A DNA stretch of 32,000 nt from Thermofilum pendens Hrk 5 (GTDB taxonomy: Archaea > Thermoproteota > Thermoprotei > Thermofilales > Thermofilaceae), in assembly GCF_000015225.1 (NCBI RefSeq), contig NC_008698.1, positions 1,410,001 to 1,442,000 of the forward strand. The letters run 5' to 3'. This document shows, in pieces, positions 31,848 through 32,000 of the stretch (positions are counted from its first letter, which is position 1; every line of letters starts with the position of its first letter). Both the position numbers and the translations under genes were made by a program. The notes beneath the pieces were generated by a model. The model saw only the letters and a program-made list of their open reading frames with translations, was not told the origin of the DNA and did no database searches.

Positions 31848-32000
31848 GTATACCCCTCGCCTTCAAGAGCCTCGCGACCTCCCTGGCGGCGAGCACGGCT
31901 ACCACGTGGTCCATCAACAAGTCCTGCGGCACAAAGACAGCGACCGAGGCTACGAACAGCACGAGCCAGCCAGGCGCGCCGCCGAGCCCCAGCCAGCCCG
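31837..32000 (-). CDS. bioY: biotin ECF transporter S component BioY (C-terminal 53 codons; gene runs off the window)
   Basis: Reverse-strand frame reads ...GWLGLGGAPGWLVLFVASVAVFVPQDLLMDHVVAVLAAREVARLLKARGIRVG-stop. The VPxDLL...a..la..l ending resembles the conserved BioY C-terminus (PFiPGDliK...a). The TAG at 31837-31839 overlaps the ATPase GTG region. The context with birA supports the call. Confidence 0.55.
   Translation of the reverse strand, partial: GWLGLGGAPGWLVLFVASVAVFVPQDLLMDHVVAVLAAREVARLLKARGIRVG

Noticed and set aside
1-32000. Search by eye for tRNA/rRNA genes, CRISPR repeat arrays, IS elements, integrases and long terminal or inverted repeats
   Set aside because: I saw no T-arm-like GGTTCRAATCC motifs in plausible tRNA context, no regularly spaced repeats of 24-40 bp, and no transposase or integrase-like ORFs. 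This is a manual scan, so tRNAscan-SE, Infernal/Rfam, a CRISPR finder and ISfinder searches are still needed to be sure.

Overview
Gene-dense, GC-rich archaeal chromosomal segment. My hand counts on 100-nt samples give 69% G+C at the start of corA and 68% in birA. BRE/TATA boxes sit about 22-26 nt upstream of most first-in-operon start codons, which implies mostly leaderless mRNAs. Many genes start with GTG or TTG, and many overlap their neighbour by 1-4 nt. The proteins are rich in Arg, Glu, Leu and Val. Together this suggests a hyperthermophilic crenarchaeon of Thermoprotei/Desulfurococcales type; this is inference and the species is not identified.

I support about 36 protein genes:
- a rubredoxin that the ORF track missed
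- a cytoplasmic GH13 amylase-family enzyme
- an orphan MNT-type nucleotidyltransferase
- a DUF488 protein
- a retropepsin-like protein with an altered active site
- two ABC-2-type exporters, one with a PadR regulator
- a class II aldolase and a universal stress protein (UspA family)
- a corrinoid protein plus a non-pyrrolysine MttB-family methyltransferase
- a DUF4213/DUF364 plus radical-SAM pair
- two vapBC toxin-antitoxin pairs
- kdpABC plus a small transmembrane ORF
- a class II glutamine amidotransferase and CorA
- an Fbp-type ABC importer
- a bioY / fused ecfA / ecfT / birA biotin module

I found no rRNA, tRNA, CRISPR array, transposase or integrase.

The best candidates for something new are:
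1. The 8.3-13.7 kb block. It holds a corrinoid/MttB pair with no MT2 methyltransferase or activase, an unknown divergent gene, and a vapBC-DUF364-radical SAM same-strand array.
2. The NSGF pseudo-retropepsin with its overlapping small ORF.
3. A perfect 19-bp tandem repeat in an unusually long AT-richer spacer.
4. A 4.2-kb low-GC island that coincides exactly with one ABC importer operon.

All family assignments come from motif recognition by eye. No database search was run.
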